Notes: generated by a model from the letters alone, not told the origin. 63,687 nt of DNA, filler included, from Rhabdomonas costata (GCA_019059605.1; 51 parts of 51 records of this genome joined end to end with filler, not necessarily neighbours in it), one strand, 5' to 3'; numbered from the whole stretch's first letter, positions 1-13,934 are shown. A program made the numbers and translations.

Positions 1-1151
1 AAAATAATCTCGGCTGAACGGTTTTTGTCTTGTCAGGAGAAGTGGGACTCTGAGCAAAGGATGCGCAACGTTGCTGGGGTGCTGTCATGGGGTATCTCAA
101 AGCTCACCCTATCAGAGACCACAGCAAGCAGCACGCTTTTAGTACCACAACTTCCGCCCTTTCTAATCCAAAGCCATCCCCCAACAAAAAACTAGGCGAC
201 GCACCGAGGAGGAATCCGCCACAGTCACCCGAGAATACCGGACACGGCGGCGGCGATCTTCTCCTATTTCCTGGGCGGCACAACAGAATGGACCACAAAA
301 GGTGAAGAGCGGCGGGGTAAAGCTCAGGCTGTCACCATATGCGTCGGCTGATAATTGCAAGTCAACTGAGACGAAACATTTGCGGCCCAGACCCTTCTCC
401 ATGGCACAGTTAAGTACCAATGATGAGAATCAAACGACGCCGCGCATACGGCGACTGCAGCATAGAAAACCCAATATGCAAAAAGGTAATGGCAGAGGCG
501 GAGGCGGAGGCAAGTGGCAGAAGCAGAATATGGAAACACGCCTTTTCCAGAAGATCGAGAATGCTCGCGCACCGCCGCTGCCCCGGCGTCTGCAGTGGAA
601 AATAAAGGATCGGGCAGTGACAGAGCACAGGGAGATGAGCAGCGGGTATACGGCGAGAACTCAGCGAGTATAACGCAAGTTACATCCCGAAACGTAGAGG
701 TAAGTATGCTATGAGGGTTCGTTTGAAGTCCTGGGAACGCTCCAAGGTGCCGAGCTTCCACCTGCGCAGAAGGGCGCCTTTCCACACCGCAGCTGAAAAT
801 TCTGAGTTTTCGATGATTGACATAATGACATTATAGCTAAGGAAGGCTACACCGAAAAACATGATGTCTGCAGCGACCAGAGAAGATGGATGGATGAAAT
901 CAGGCCAGACCTCCTGCGGCATCGGCGTGGTTGGCTGCGCGGCAGAACCGAAATATGGCTGAGGCTGCTCCGGGAGGAGTGAGCCCGTGGCCTGCACCGC
1001 AGAAAGAAGCCCCAACTTCATACGAAAGGTGCGGGGTAGCTTGAGTACGAAGCCCACTGACTCGGCTCTGATCCCAAGTCATTGTCTCTCTGGGGTGCTA
1101 GAAGCGCGGTGTCAGATCAGAACTTTAGAGAACAGTGAGCAAAACAAAAAA

Positions 1152-1251
1152 NNNNNNNNNNNNNNNNNNNNNNNNNNNNNNNNNNNNNNNNNNNNTTAAT
1201 TAATTAANNNNNNNNNNNNNNNNNNNNNNNNNNNNNNNNNNNNNNNNNNNN
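1152..1251. other. Artificial contig spacer (first of 50, recurring about every 1.25 kb to ~62500)
   Basis: ~44 N + TTAATTAATTAA + ~44 N repeated identically; the linker gives stops in all six frames; inter-spacer pieces are all ~1150 nt, as expected for size-sorted contigs. Confidence 0.98.
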
Positions 1252-4200
1252 TTTTGTTCCTGTGCATGAAAATTTCCGTGGCTGATGCTCTGCGCAGATC
1301 AGGGCTCTGACCAAGAGATTCATAGTCCAAAGTGCTCTTGAGCGCTCAAAAATTCTCTCATTTTTCTGTAAGAGCTGCACGGTCGGTCGCCTTCGTTGGT
1401 GGTGTATTCATGATGCGCAGGGCGTGCAATGGTGGGTTGCTTGACCGTGATTTCCGAACTGGTTCTCAAGGACGGTTTGGAATGTGATACTTATATGTCG
1501 GTGTGTTTCGTGTCGCACATGTGTGCCACGGAAGTGAGTCAAACATGGCGTTTGCGGCATCCAATTGTATTTCGCGCAATGACATGTGTACATCCGCATG
1601 GATCTGTGAACAGTTAGATTGTGCCTCCTTCTCAGCACATCTACCGCAACCCCACCATCACACCACGAGCGGAAGATATTCTCGCACGCTCGGTGACCAC
1701 CAGCGGGCCAACAAGGTGTCTGCACTCCCACATCCCCGCATGCTCTTGTGTGCGTGCGGAGCCTGCGGTGCGCATGAAAAGCCGTGTGTATGTGTGATGC
1801 ATGTGCCCGCAAGGAAGCTTTTGGCCCGTCGCACACCAAAACCCAAGAACGGTTAGGAAGACGTTGGCATATGAGTTGGATGTGCGTGCTTCATCGGCCG
1901 CCATCTGGGGTGCCACGGCCGCCGCTGTTGGGCTCTCCGTGGTAAGAAGACGATGATATTAGGATCCCAGAAAATACAGTTGAAGAGAGGCCATTGCGCT
2001 CTCAGCAGACTGCGGGAGCGCAGAGGGTCGGAAGGTTGAGGTCCCCAGAACCGCCGTTTCAATACGCTAGGCAGAAAAGACCTGCACCAAAACCATGCCT
2101 TGTGCACGTGTGTGTGTGTGTGTGTTGTATGCTCGGTGGATTACTCTCTGTTTGTTAATTCACTGTCTGACCAAAATGTCCGTTGTGAGGTTGTTGCTGA
2201 GCTCGGGGATGCATTTCTTGCACTGGATGGTTCTTTCGTTCGTTGGTGTCGGCCGTCGCCAATGGTCGTTGACATTCTGCTTGATTGCGCCAGTGCGTAT
2301 GACATCTCTCATTCAGTTTTTGTGCTTCCTACCGTCACTATGAAAAGTATATTGGCGTTCTCTCCACAGGTCTGAGATTGAGGAGATGCTGACCCCACAC
2401 AANNNNNNNNNNNNNNNNNNNNNNNNNNNNNNNNNNNNNNNNNNNNTTAATTAATTAANNNNNNNNNNNNNNNNNNNNNNNNNNNNNNNNNNNNNNNNNN
2501 NNTTTGATGTTTCGAAATTTTTGCTCATGTGCTTTGGTTCAAGTTCGGCGGCACCCGATTGTTTGAGGGTGCATGTTACTTAGTCAGCATGAGTGCAGTA
2601 CGCACGCTTGTTTACGGTTCTTGTGCTGCTTCCCTTCATTCTCAAGTAGTATGTATGTATTGTGGTACTGTGGGAGTGGGGTACTGGGCGTTCCTGGGAT
2701 GGCATGCACAGCTCTTCCTCCGCTGTCCTGCCACGGGGGCCTACCTTCCCCCCGAAGCCTACAACATTCGTGTGGTACGCTCCCCAGAGGGGCGCTGGTG
2801 AGCAAAGCTCACCTCCCTCCCTCCCAAAGAAACTCTCCGGAACGTGATTTCTCTGTGTGTATGATTGCGTACATGCGTACTTCTTTTTTGGCCTCAGTCG
2901 GCGGTCGCTTGCAGATGGTCTGTTTGTACTTTTTCTCCAGGCTGTGTCTTTGGTTGATGAGCCTTTCTGCGTGGCGCCGATTTACGCGTGCCTCACCCTC
3001 TCACTCTCTCTTTCGGTTCGATTGGGCTAACAATGGTGCATGACTACGCCCGTTGCTTTTTGTTTGGCAGTGGCCCTTTTTTGCGAGGTGCTACCCTGTG
3101 TGGAGGGCGGGGTAGTGGAGGGAGGGGGGACAGGAGAGCGCTGCCTCTGTCTGCTGTACACCTATGAACACGTGGCTGACTTTCAAGGGAGGGAGGGGGT
3201 CCCTGTCACCCGCTCCGGCCGCGCCGCCTCGCAGGCCTTTGCCCCTAAACTTGTGCTGTTCGTTTTCTTCCGTGCACATCCCACAATAGGCTAGTCTTTG
3301 GTCAGCCGTCGTTTTGAGCGGCGAACCTAAAACTGTAATTTAGGAAGCGCTGCCAAAGTATTCTTTACCCTTTACACAAAAACAAAGCAGGACAACCAAG
3401 AGGGCGTCTGTGTTAACGTTGTACAGAGGGACCAGTGTCAGAAAACCCTCCCATGCCTCAGGATAATAACCTTGTGCGTGTCGTTCCCCACTGAGCCAGT
3501 GGGTTAACCGCGTTTCTAACTGACCTTCTCTGCTTTTAAGAAACGTCATTTCTTTTTCAGCGCGCAATTTATTTCCTACTGGGTGACGTGGCACTGCCCC
3601 GAGCAGCAGATTATAACAACGTGGTTGATTGACAAACGCGTCCCGAGTATGNNNNNNNNNNNNNNNNNNNNNNNNNNNNNNNNNNNNNNNNNNNNTTAAT
3701 TAATTAANNNNNNNNNNNNNNNNNNNNNNNNNNNNNNNNNNNNNNNNNNNNAGGGGAGGGGTCCCCTTCTTAGTCGTCGTGATTCGCGCCCCATTAAATT
3801 ATTGCGGTGAAGTTCTCCGCTGTGTCGGGCTGTTTGGTGAAAACAGATCAACGTTGGTTCGCTCTGAGCAGTTCGTCAACAATGGGCACAGTTTGGGTGG
3901 AAGGAAAAAACTGATCTGCAGCGGCATAGAAACAGAAGAGAAGCGGCACTTTGCAGAGAATCCAAGGAGGGTTGCAAAGTCAACGTAATCCAAAAATACG
4001 CGCGAATATTCATCCTGGGGTCCATTGAAAATTCCCTGTGAGTGGGTTTACGAACCAGTTGGGGCGCTGCGCACCGGCGCTGGCGCTAAAGGGTCCCGAA
4101 ACGATTTCACTTCGCAACGACGTTATGCTTCGGGTGCTGTTATCGTTGGGAGAGAGAAGTTACACCTTCCAATGTCTTGAGGGCACCTCGGAATCCAAAT

Positions 4201-5425
4201 CGCCCTTTTTTCGGCGTTAGAGCAGCTTAAAAGGGCTGAAAAAGGGCGCTTTAAGGGCAAAAAACGAGGTCAAAACCACCTCACGGCTTCAATCGGTCGA
4301 AAAACTCTTTCGGCACCGCCGACCCCACAAACAATATAAGTGAGTCGATTTCCGGGAGGTCGCAATGTCCACGGCCCCCAAATTGGAAAGCTTTATACGG
4401 ATGAGACGTTCTTCGAAAAATTTAAATCATGGATTTTCGGGTCCGGGAACTTTTCCATCAGATAACCTTTTGATAGCCCTTCATCACTAACCTGGAGCTT
4501 GGACCTACGGAGTCTTGAAACGTTGACTACTTCGCGCTAAAAAAAAAGGCGAAAAGTGGGACACGCACGGACATTTTCCCGTTTTCCTCGCCTGAACCCA
4601 ACACTACAACACGTCGGGAAAAAAGTCACCGCTAGACCCACGATTTGCTACGACCATACCAGGACAAAGAACAGGGCAGTCAAATGGGAAGGAACTGAGT
4701 CCTGTGCTTCTGCGACACATTTCCCCAAGGACAGCATATTGTTTGGAGAGACGTTCGGTCAACGGACATCTTCCCGAGGACTCGCCATGCTTTCTCGCAA
4801 TGCATACTGTTTTGACTTAGCTTTGTGGTGTTATAACGAGGACTGCTATGAAACTTTTAAAGCATACAAGTACCCTTTATTACCCCCCCCCCCCAAAGAA
4901 TGNNNNNNNNNNNNNNNNNNNNNNNNNNNNNNNNNNNNNNNNNNNNTTAATTAATTAANNNNNNNNNNNNNNNNNNNNNNNNNNNNNNNNNNNNNNNNNN
5001 NNTGTTGGGGGGGCACCGCAGGTGGAGCCTGGACAAGCTTCGGCTGTGGTTTGGTTGTTTGGTGAGGTTCGGACGGGGGAGGAGCGGAGAGAGGGGGGGC
5101 TGTTGCACACCTCAAAGGCAGAGATCAGCGGGACAGGCAGACCAGGGGGACGACAGAAAAAGTGGAAGAAGCACTGGGCGCCCACAGAGCATTCTGTGCG
5201 ACAATCACTTGTCGCTGCCAATGTCGCTGAATTGGCAGCGCAGTACATAACACACGCAAATGGATGAGGGTGTTTTCTTTTTGCCAGAGACCAACTTGGT
5301 CACTGGAATAACAACCGGGCCCTGCAGCACAAAATCCATGATGCCCCATCATTCAGATGACCCTAGAGCACATTCTTTGACCCCATCCCTTCTGTGATAA
5401 ATAAAACTAAATAAGAAGCCTGTAC

Positions 5426-5637
5426 CTCAGTGTCATTGCTGCCCTCGCCGCTGGGCTTTGTTGCGGCCCCCAGGACAGGCGCTGCTTCCGGGTCCGCCGC
5501 CTGCTTTGTGGGGAGCACAGGGGTGGCGCTGAGCAGGGCGGTGGCCTTGCCCACGAGCTCCGCGGTGCCTTCGTCGGAAGAGCTCGACGAGGTCGATCGG
5601 AAGGAGTAATTGGCGTTCTCCGGGGGCCCCAAGATGT
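5426..5637 (-). CDS. Internal exon of unknown low-complexity protein
   Basis: GC-rich open frame (DILGPPENANYSFRST...NDTE) bounded by cag| and |gtacag; flanks are compositionally intron-like. Confidence 0.5.
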
Positions 5638-6728
5638 CTGCGGAGCGCAACGAAATAAAGAGACACTTCAAAAAGGATACCACTGCAGCCGAAGAGCAGC
5701 ATTTGGAGCGATGCGTTTTCATTTTTCTAAATTTAAATGTTCAACATTCCCACCCCTCAAAATTCAACAGCATTTTCAGAGTGGTCAAACTGAGCAGAGC
5801 AGGAACGTAGGCAGGTCCCACTTCTCACCCGAAACCACCCGGCTGACGGGCAGGCATACACACACATAGTTCAGGTTTCAGCGATTTCTTCCCACGGTTC
5901 GTCGGTTGTTTCGAGTGAAGTACAAATCTCACACCCCGCCAAGCCCCACACATTGCACAATGCTCAAATGCGGTTCACGGTTCACGGCACAGAGCATTTC
6001 ACGAATTTTAAGAAGGACAAGAAAGGCAGAACCTAGAAGGGAGTCCTTGCTTCCATCCTTTTCCGGAGAAGCGGACTTCACCCCACCGATGACCTGTAGC
6101 GGGAAAAGCGAAAAGCAGTCGCAAATGCGCAAAGCAGTTCGCAAAACCCAAAANNNNNNNNNNNNNNNNNNNNNNNNNNNNNNNNNNNNNNNNNNNNTTA
6201 ATTAATTAANNNNNNNNNNNNNNNNNNNNNNNNNNNNNNNNNNNNNNNNNNNNGTGTTGTTGGTGCGATGAACATTATTATCCCCAATATTCCGTTTTTA
6301 TTAATAATGGATCAACTCCGAAATGGGCGAAGCCGAAGCAGGTCCGGGGTCGTTAGACATACCGAAACGCTGCTTGCTGATATTCCGTCCGTCTGTCCGT
6401 TCGTTCGTTCGTTCACACGGCATGGCCTCGAACAGTACATAGTGGAAAGAGCAGAACGAAGGAAAAGGGAAGACCTCGATGGGCACGTTGGGGTCATCCA
6501 CGTCCACCCGCTTTCTCCCACCTGAACAAACATCGGACATAGACGGGGGGTGGGGCGACAGTACCCGTTAAGGCATCAAAGGAAGAAACGGCGGCACTGT
6601 GTTAGCGCACTGAAAGCATTCCGGCAAAGGTGAATTCGCCCAGCAATGGAAAACTCAGCAAAACAACTGACAGTTCTAAATACCATCCAATGATACGGAA
6701 GTAAGCAAATACTTGCTGGAGTAGCTAC

Positions 6729-7218
6729 CAGAGGAGGTGACACGGGCTCAGCCTTGAGCTCGACACCGAACTTGACGTCCCTGGGCTCCACCTTCAAAGG
6801 AGCCTTCAGCCGCGAGGCACCTGAAACAGCAATGCCACCAAAGTCTCATAGAAGGATCCTCAACAACACAGAACTTCCTGGCCTGTTTCGTTCTGCGACC
6901 GTCAGTGCATATTCTTCAGGACAACATGACACAGCGAGCACAACCTCCAAGCTGCGAGGATACCTGCGGCAACATCCTTGCCTGCCGAAGCCTCAGGCTT
7001 TAGCCGTATCTCCTGCTTGACCATCCCTTGGGCGCTAAGTGGAGCACCGCAGGCGGCTCCTGTCGAGCCAGGACTTGTCAGGGCTGTAGCTAGCGAGTGC
7101 CCACCGCTAGCCGAGGGCGGAGGCTGCTGCTGCTGCTCCATCAGCTCGCGCTCCAGCTCGAGCTGAAGCTGGACCTGCAGCATTTCTTGGATGCGCTGGG
7201 CCTCATCCATCGAGCCCC
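6729..7218 (-). CDS. Two exons (7218-6964, 6820-6729) of unknown Gln-rich/coiled-coil protein
   Basis: MDEAQRIQEMLQVQLQLELERELMEQQQQPPP...; phase-compatible GT-AG intron 6963-6821 (GCA G|gtatcc...cag|GT GCC). Confidence 0.6.
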
Positions 7219-9170
7219 CTGTACACGGTTCATGAGACCATGAGACCATGAGACAACAGCACAGAAAAAGGAAGGCCGTTGAGTTTCCAGCCAAAACTTG
7301 CTTTAAAGTTTCGGAGGAGTTACCGCTTTGGACACAGCACACGGCTTTTCAGAGCCATCCACATGACAAAATATATCTCTGTGGTCAATTACACCCTTCT
7401 TTGCNNNNNNNNNNNNNNNNNNNNNNNNNNNNNNNNNNNNNNNNNNNNTTAATTAATTAANNNNNNNNNNNNNNNNNNNNNNNNNNNNNNNNNNNNNNNN
7501 NNNNATTGCCTGTTACCCTCATGGCATCCGTATGAGTGTCTGGGCGAGAACCGGGTTTAATTCGCCAATGAGGATTTCCAAGAACTTCCGCTCAGTGACG
7601 AAGAGGCATTGCTGTGTTGTTCTCAGTGTAGCCCCAGCGGCAGAATGTCCCTTGATTTCGCTTGAGTCTGTGTATGCGTTGCGCTCGTTTGACGATTTTC
7701 TTATGCTGCAATCTGTCCCTCCCTTGGGAAACAGTGTCGTCATGAGGGGACGTTTCCACATTTGCAGCGTGTAGTTTGTTGCTTCTTCCCTTCCACGTTG
7801 TAGTCTGTTGTTTAGTAAGGCATGTCTTTTCTGAACTTCGGCTTCCCCGCTGCGAGCGCCCCTCCGGTGCGCCGGCGGCTGGCCAAACACAGTGCCTTCG
7901 CCCTGAGGCCCGGTGCCTCGGCGTGGGCTGTGGGTGAGTCGGCGGATGGAGCCCTGCCTGCCCCTCCAATGCGGCGGGCTGGAAAGGGGAAGGTGAAGTT
8001 CTCCTCCGGGGCTCACGGGGGCCCTGAGGTCAGAGCCCTCACCTCTATACTTGTTCTCGTAAATTCTGAAATCCGTGTGTATGGCTCTGTCCTGTTGGCA
8101 ATCGCCGGGCGCACGCACCCCCTTCATCCACAAGAAAGACAAAGGAATTCAATGCTGCAAGGGCTGTGTTACCGACCCAAAGGAGATCGAATACTCTGGG
8201 TGGCCCGACTTCCAGGATTCCCTTCATTGGGATGTGCTCCCGTCACGGGGTCACTTGCATCCTGCTCAAATTCATTTCATCCGGTTTGAGTGCTGGATCG
8301 GCAAGAAATGAGTTCTTGCAGGAAGACGTTTACTCAAGAGAGACTATTTGAAAATTTAGCAAGGTGGTCCTCGCACTGGTTCGTGGAGTGGTTGGGCCGT
8401 GTTTTGTCACGATCACGAGGTCCAGTATGTGCTCGACTGCTATATGCCGTACGGCTTAATCTGCGGTAGTTCTCGATTTATTCCTTTTCCCACTGCCTCT
8501 GCCACAATTTTCCGAGCAATTTTTTTTTGTTGGGAGAGGCTCTGTTCCTGTGCATGAAAATTGTGGCAGAGGCAGTGGGAAAAGGAATAAATCGAGAACT
8601 ACCGCAGATTAAGCCGTACGGCATATAGCAGTCGAGCACATACTGGACCTCGTGATNNNNNNNNNNNNNNNNNNNNNNNNNNNNNNNNNNNNNNNNNNNN
8701 TTAATTAATTAANNNNNNNNNNNNNNNNNNNNNNNNNNNNNNNNNNNNNNNNNNNNTTGTTGTTGGAATGCGTGGAGCATCAAAACTAACACGGGAAAGC
8801 AAAGGAAGTAAGGTCACAAGACCTGACACCGGCCCTTTGCTTTCCCGTGTTAGTTTTGGTGGTCCACGCATTCCAACGGTATGAAATTGCCCAGTGCTGC
8901 TCATATGGAGGTGATGTTGCAAGTAGGATTCCGCATCAACTCCATTCGTTTAGAAAACCGTCGAATTGTTGGATAATCAACAATTAACGTTCACGTTCAT
9001 CCATTGATCCATCATTTCATGTGTACTGAGCCGTCGTTAGCACCTTTACGTTAGCAACAGACGAGTATGCGATATTCTATCCGTTGCCATCATGCAGCAT
9101 GCTTCCCCGTCACAAATTCAGTGTTCACCTTGCAAGCTCAGAATTTGATTTCCAAGCTGTTTCCTTCCAG

Positions 9171-9558
9171 GTTGTTTTGGGAGCAAAAGATGGACCTCAC
9201 GCTGGTGGGACTGCAAGGAGCAGGCACCTTTTCCCTTCATCGTTCATCATTTTTCTCTTTCCCCTGAACTAATGTGTTATTTATGCCTTTGCTGGTCCCA
9301 GGAAAGACTACACTGCTTCGGACACTCACGGACGGTGGAAAGAGGCCCCAGGCAGACACCATTCCTACGGTCGGTTTAAACACCTCTCAAGTCACCAAAG
9401 GTTAGTCCCGTTCGGAACTCTTTCCTCTTTACTCCTAGGATCCATCACTGATGTCAGTGTGACGAAAATTTTCCCAGCGCTCTGCTTGCTGCCTTCTGAC
9501 TTTCAGGTGGTGTTTCTATCAAGCTGTGGGATTTGGGTGGCCAGCCCAAGTTCCGAAC
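9171..9558 (+). CDS. ARL8: ARL8-like Arf-family small GTPase, partial (exons 9171-9223, 9302-9400, 9507-9558)
   Basis: Spliced peptide [23 protein letters not shown]...DTIPTVGLN...KG|GVSIKLWDLGGQPKFR contains the P-loop, IPTVG switch I and WDxGGQ; intron 1 is GC-AG, intron 2 is GT-AG. Confidence 0.88.
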
Positions 9559-11283
9559 GTGTGTGACTTGTTGATTTAGCTCTGTGCCCCAAAAGTGAAA
9601 AATAATTGGCCCCGGGCGAAAAAAAAAGGTGATACCGAACTTATATCTCGGAACCTGCACCTGCTGCAGTTGCTTCAAGGCCAGTCCTCTCTGGTGGAGC
9701 CCTTCTTATGCTCTTTCCAGCTTACTGCCTTGCCCCTCAGCTCTCTGAGGAAATGCCCCCCTGGTTCACACACATCCTGCATTCCAATGAAAAAACTCCT
9801 ACTTCCAACTTTCCAACTTTCAAAGATTTTCCTCTACTAGCAGTCCTCTACTCAGTGCAACCCGACGGTCCTATTTCGCCCCAAGGAAGACGGGAATCCA
9901 AAAAAACNNNNNNNNNNNNNNNNNNNNNNNNNNNNNNNNNNNNNNNNNNNNTTAATTAATTAANNNNNNNNNNNNNNNNNNNNNNNNNNNNNNNNNNNNN
10001 NNNNNNNGTTGGGGTGGCCTGGGATTTGGTAAGAGGCATTGGTACAGCCAGCGCAAATGCTATTTAGCGTCTCCACCAAAACTTGCGAGAAATGTCGGGG
10101 AGGGGGGTTTGTGGGCAGGGTTGCTGGTCTTATCCTGAGCAACTGATCCCGAAACGTGGTATCCCGTGGACGTGGACGTCATGTCTGCTACCTTCAAGAG
10201 CCATCAAGTACCAAAGGGGTGCACGCAAAACTTTCCAATGGTGGTGAGCTAGATATTATGCCTTATGTTCACGTTCTGGAGTGTTATCAAGTAAACCCTT
10301 CAGGTTCAAAACCTTTCTAAAGCCAAACGTTTCCTCTTGGCTGTGATGGCAAAGGACTTCCCCTTTGAAGGATTGGTCCAGGAGTTGGACAGGTCTGGTT
10401 TTAGAGGTGAAGGCATAGGCGCCAATACTGCCACAGCGCGCGGCTGCTTGAGAGATCTGAGGGACGTTTCGGCACTGCCCCGGGCGACCGGGGAAAACCA
10501 CCGGTGCCTATTTCACAGACATTGTAAGCAGTGGTTACCGCTGGTAAGCCATCGACCGCACACTTCGCCGCAAGGGCATGCGCGAACAAGTTCCTTTCCC
10601 AAAACCAAAGGCGTGCCGGCAAAGAGAAACGAACCATTCACCGCTGAACAAAGCGCGAAAAAAGATGCCCAGTTGGGTGCTTGGATACCAACCCGTAAGG
10701 CACGCTGGCAAACCCTCACACGTGGCGTTGACACAAAAAAAAACACGAGTGCCGCAAAGAGAAAAATGGGCGGTAGCACGGGAGATTCATTCAGGAAAAT
10801 CCAGGGAAGCGGATAGGACCCCCGCCTCGTTTACTGGACTTCCGTCACCCTTTCTCGGTCACCTTCCCATTTTCGGCCAGCCAAACGCAATCACACATTC
10901 CCAAGGTGAGTGAAAAGATGAGGGACACATTGAGAATGCCGCGTTGTCGTAGGCTACGTGTTGAAGCAGAGAATCAGGAAGTAAGAAAATACTAAAAACT
11001 CTGAAAACCCTCCAGCAGGATCAAAAGGGTGTGCATCAGAAGTTAGCGAAGGCAACGTAAGCTGATCCCCCTCCCCACCTTCCTCTGTTCTACGCTCGTC
11101 CTCTCACCGTCACCCATTCTTCTGCTTCTGCCTCCACTGAGGGAAGGCTGGGCACAGGNNNNNNNNNNNNNNNNNNNNNNNNNNNNNNNNNNNNNNNNNN
11201 NNTTAATTAATTAANNNNNNNNNNNNNNNNNNNNNNNNNNNNNNNNNNNNNNNNNNNNGGGGGGGGGGGCAACAAATGAACAG

Positions 11284-12164
11284 GAGCGTCCTGACTCTGC
11301 TGTACGGGGTGTTGGCCCTGCTGTGGGGGATGGGGTCTGCCTTGCAGAAGGTCCTGGTGGGGCCCCTGCAGCGGCGGGAGCGCAGCCAGCTCCTCAACGC
11401 CGTCCTGCACGTCTGGCTGAAGAACGTGCGTCTGTCTGTGGGAGTGTACGTATGTGTATAAGGAGAAACACGAGAAGCACGAAAAAGTCAGGCTAAATGT
11501 ACAAAGTGCACGTGTCTGTGTGTTTGTATGTGTGTGTGTTGCCTTGATGGTGTTGCATCCCTGCCGGTATGGTGCCCTGTAATTTGATGCCGCTTACGCC
11601 TGTTAATGAACTGCCGGAGCCGCGCTGCGGCACCGGCACGTATGTTGGAACCACAGTTAGCTCTTAGTTGTCTCGGAAATCTGCCACTGTGATGCTGCTT
11701 CCGACATGGTTGACGGTTGACGATGCTGGTTGACGATGGTGGTGCCAGTTCAGCCAATTCATAACACTCGGACTTCCACCTGCCCAGAACAGCAAATGTG
11801 GTGCGATTGAGAAAGTTTCAACACTCACTCCCCCACCTCCCACTCATCCCTCCCCTCGCCATCTCTCCAATGAAGGAAATGTTGGCGAAGTTGAAAAGTT
11901 CGTCGGGCTCGGATAGGTCGCAAGGGGGAAGATAGAGGTTCACCCAGCGCCAGGTTTGTTTTGTTCGTATTTCAGAGATGTTTTTTTGCGGGGTAATTTT
12001 GGGGGAGGGGGATTGTGGGTGCAGCTGCTGTTCATCCTGTTTGTTCTGGTGCCGCAAAGCTTGCACGAGTTTTCCTTTTGGCTGGTGTGGGCCTCCGCGG
12101 TGGCCCTCCTGAGGGGTCTGGGCGAGCTGTGCTCGATTCTCATCAAGCGGGTCTCTCTCCCTGA
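11284..12164 (+). CDS. gp78/AMFR/RIN2-like ERAD E3 ligase, transmembrane region (exons 11284-11425, 12025-~12164)
   Basis: LQKVLVGPLQRRERSQLLNAVLHVWLKN|LLFILFVLVPQSLHEFSFWLVW resembles the Hrd1/gp78 'FGxLRxxE' membrane segment; phase-0 GT-AG intron. Confidence 0.6.
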
Positions 12165-13365
12165 GTGAGTAGAAGTGTGGATCCATTGCCACACAATCCT
12201 ACGTTTGTGTGCCCTTCCCCTCCAAGCAAGTTCTTAGATCAAAGGTGAAGACAGCAAACATCAAAGCTCACAATCTCACACAGCATGAACTGTACTGTAC
12301 TGTGGTTGTGAATAAACCCTCTCCTTTTTCTTCCTTGTTATCCTCTGCCGGTGTGCCGAGCGTCCGAGTTGTTTGGGAAGATAAAGGAGAGGGTTTATTC
12401 ACAACCACCNNNNNNNNNNNNNNNNNNNNNNNNNNNNNNNNNNNNNNNNNNNNTTAATTAATTAANNNNNNNNNNNNNNNNNNNNNNNNNNNNNNNNNNN
12501 NNNNNNNNNGGTGGTGGTGGGAGAGGAGAGGATACGAGAGGATAGGAAAGAGCAGAGGAGAGGAGAGGACAGAGGAGGAAAGAGGAAAGTGAGGGGAGGA
12601 TGAGAGACAGTATTTCCTTTTTCTTGGATTGCTTTTCACACCACTCAAGAAAAAGCAGAATGACACAGCTAAGCTTCGCAGGGTGTTGCGCAGAGAGAAA
12701 CGCAGTTCGTTTTTTTTTGCGCTGCTTAACTGTCCTGACCTGTCCTGAAATGTCCTGAACTGCCCTTTAAAGTTCTAACACCATGCTTCCAGCACCCCCA
12801 GCACCGCAGCCTGCACCGCCACAAGGCCGGGGAGAAACCCGTGAACATGGGGGGGGCCCACACACACAGTCCCCAACCACCGCGGCAGCCTTTACAACTG
12901 ACGCTCAATTACCTACACAGGAAGATGTTGTACCACGTCGCCCCCGCCCGATGTGAGAGGAGAGGGGTGATGAGGATGCCGATGATGTCCATCCCATCGA
13001 TTATCGATTGGTAAAGTGCCCCGAGAATGGCCCCGCCGGCAGGCTACTGCCCCATTTACCACCACCGACCCGACCCCTCATCCACTCACAGGCTTTGTGC
13101 AGGCGAACAGGAGGAGTGGAGACAAGGAAAAAGGGGGATTTTCCAACCCCATCCCACACATTCGTCTGTTTGTCAAACATGCATTGCTTTGCAAGGAGAG
13201 AAAGATGCACCAAAAACATGCCCTCCCCTCTCTCCTCCTCGAGTCCACAGGCATAGCCATAACGTCGCTTTGCATATATGAAAGGCCCACGCAAATTGGC
13301 GAGAAGTGTAGTGGCAATGAGAGGCCCGACAGAAGAAGGGAGCAACAACCTACGATGAGTGGGTA

Positions 13366-13543
13366 CCCCGTCCAATGCGGGGAGGAGTCGTCGTCACAGT
13401 ACATAGTAAAGGCCCTGCCGAAGAGCCTTGTCATGGGTTGTCGGCCATGAAAGGCCTTCTCGTGGCGCACCATAGGCCTGGGACCTCGCGAAAGGAGGTA
13501 GGGTAAGTGCTGGGGAAGCACCGCGCTAACCGCCGGGTGGTAC
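13366..13543 (-). CDS. Probable internal exon, unknown protein
   Basis: Open frame YHPAVSAVLPQHLPYLLSRG...PHWTG between ctcag| and |gtaccc, preceded by an intronic (TG)n run. Confidence 0.4.
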
Positions 13544-13934
13544 CTGAGCAAAGATACCGGCCACACACACACACACACACACACGACGGCTGCCCCCATG
13601 TGTTCCGGCCAAAAAAGCACACGGACAGAATCGTTCGGTTTCAAAGCCTGACCAACCACANNNNNNNNNNNNNNNNNNNNNNNNNNNNNNNNNNNNNNNN
13701 NNNNTTAATTAATTAANNNNNNNNNNNNNNNNNNNNNNNNNNNNNNNNNNNNNNNNNNNNGGGGGGGTGGGAACCTGCAACAAATGCTGTCTGCAGCACT
13801 GCTGCCGCACTCCTTCGTGTCTTGGGGGAGTGAAAAGGGCTTTCTGATGAACAGGATGGCTTCAACCACAGTCAAATTGTCCCACTATTGGTTTTTTGCT
13901 TTCGGACAGCAGATCAGAGGGGGCGGGCTCGTGC

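Noticed and set aside
87-1151. Overlapping ORFs here and in most contigs
   Set aside because: No recognisable motifs; short ORFs are expected by chance at this GC content, and those with X/LIN tails run into spacers
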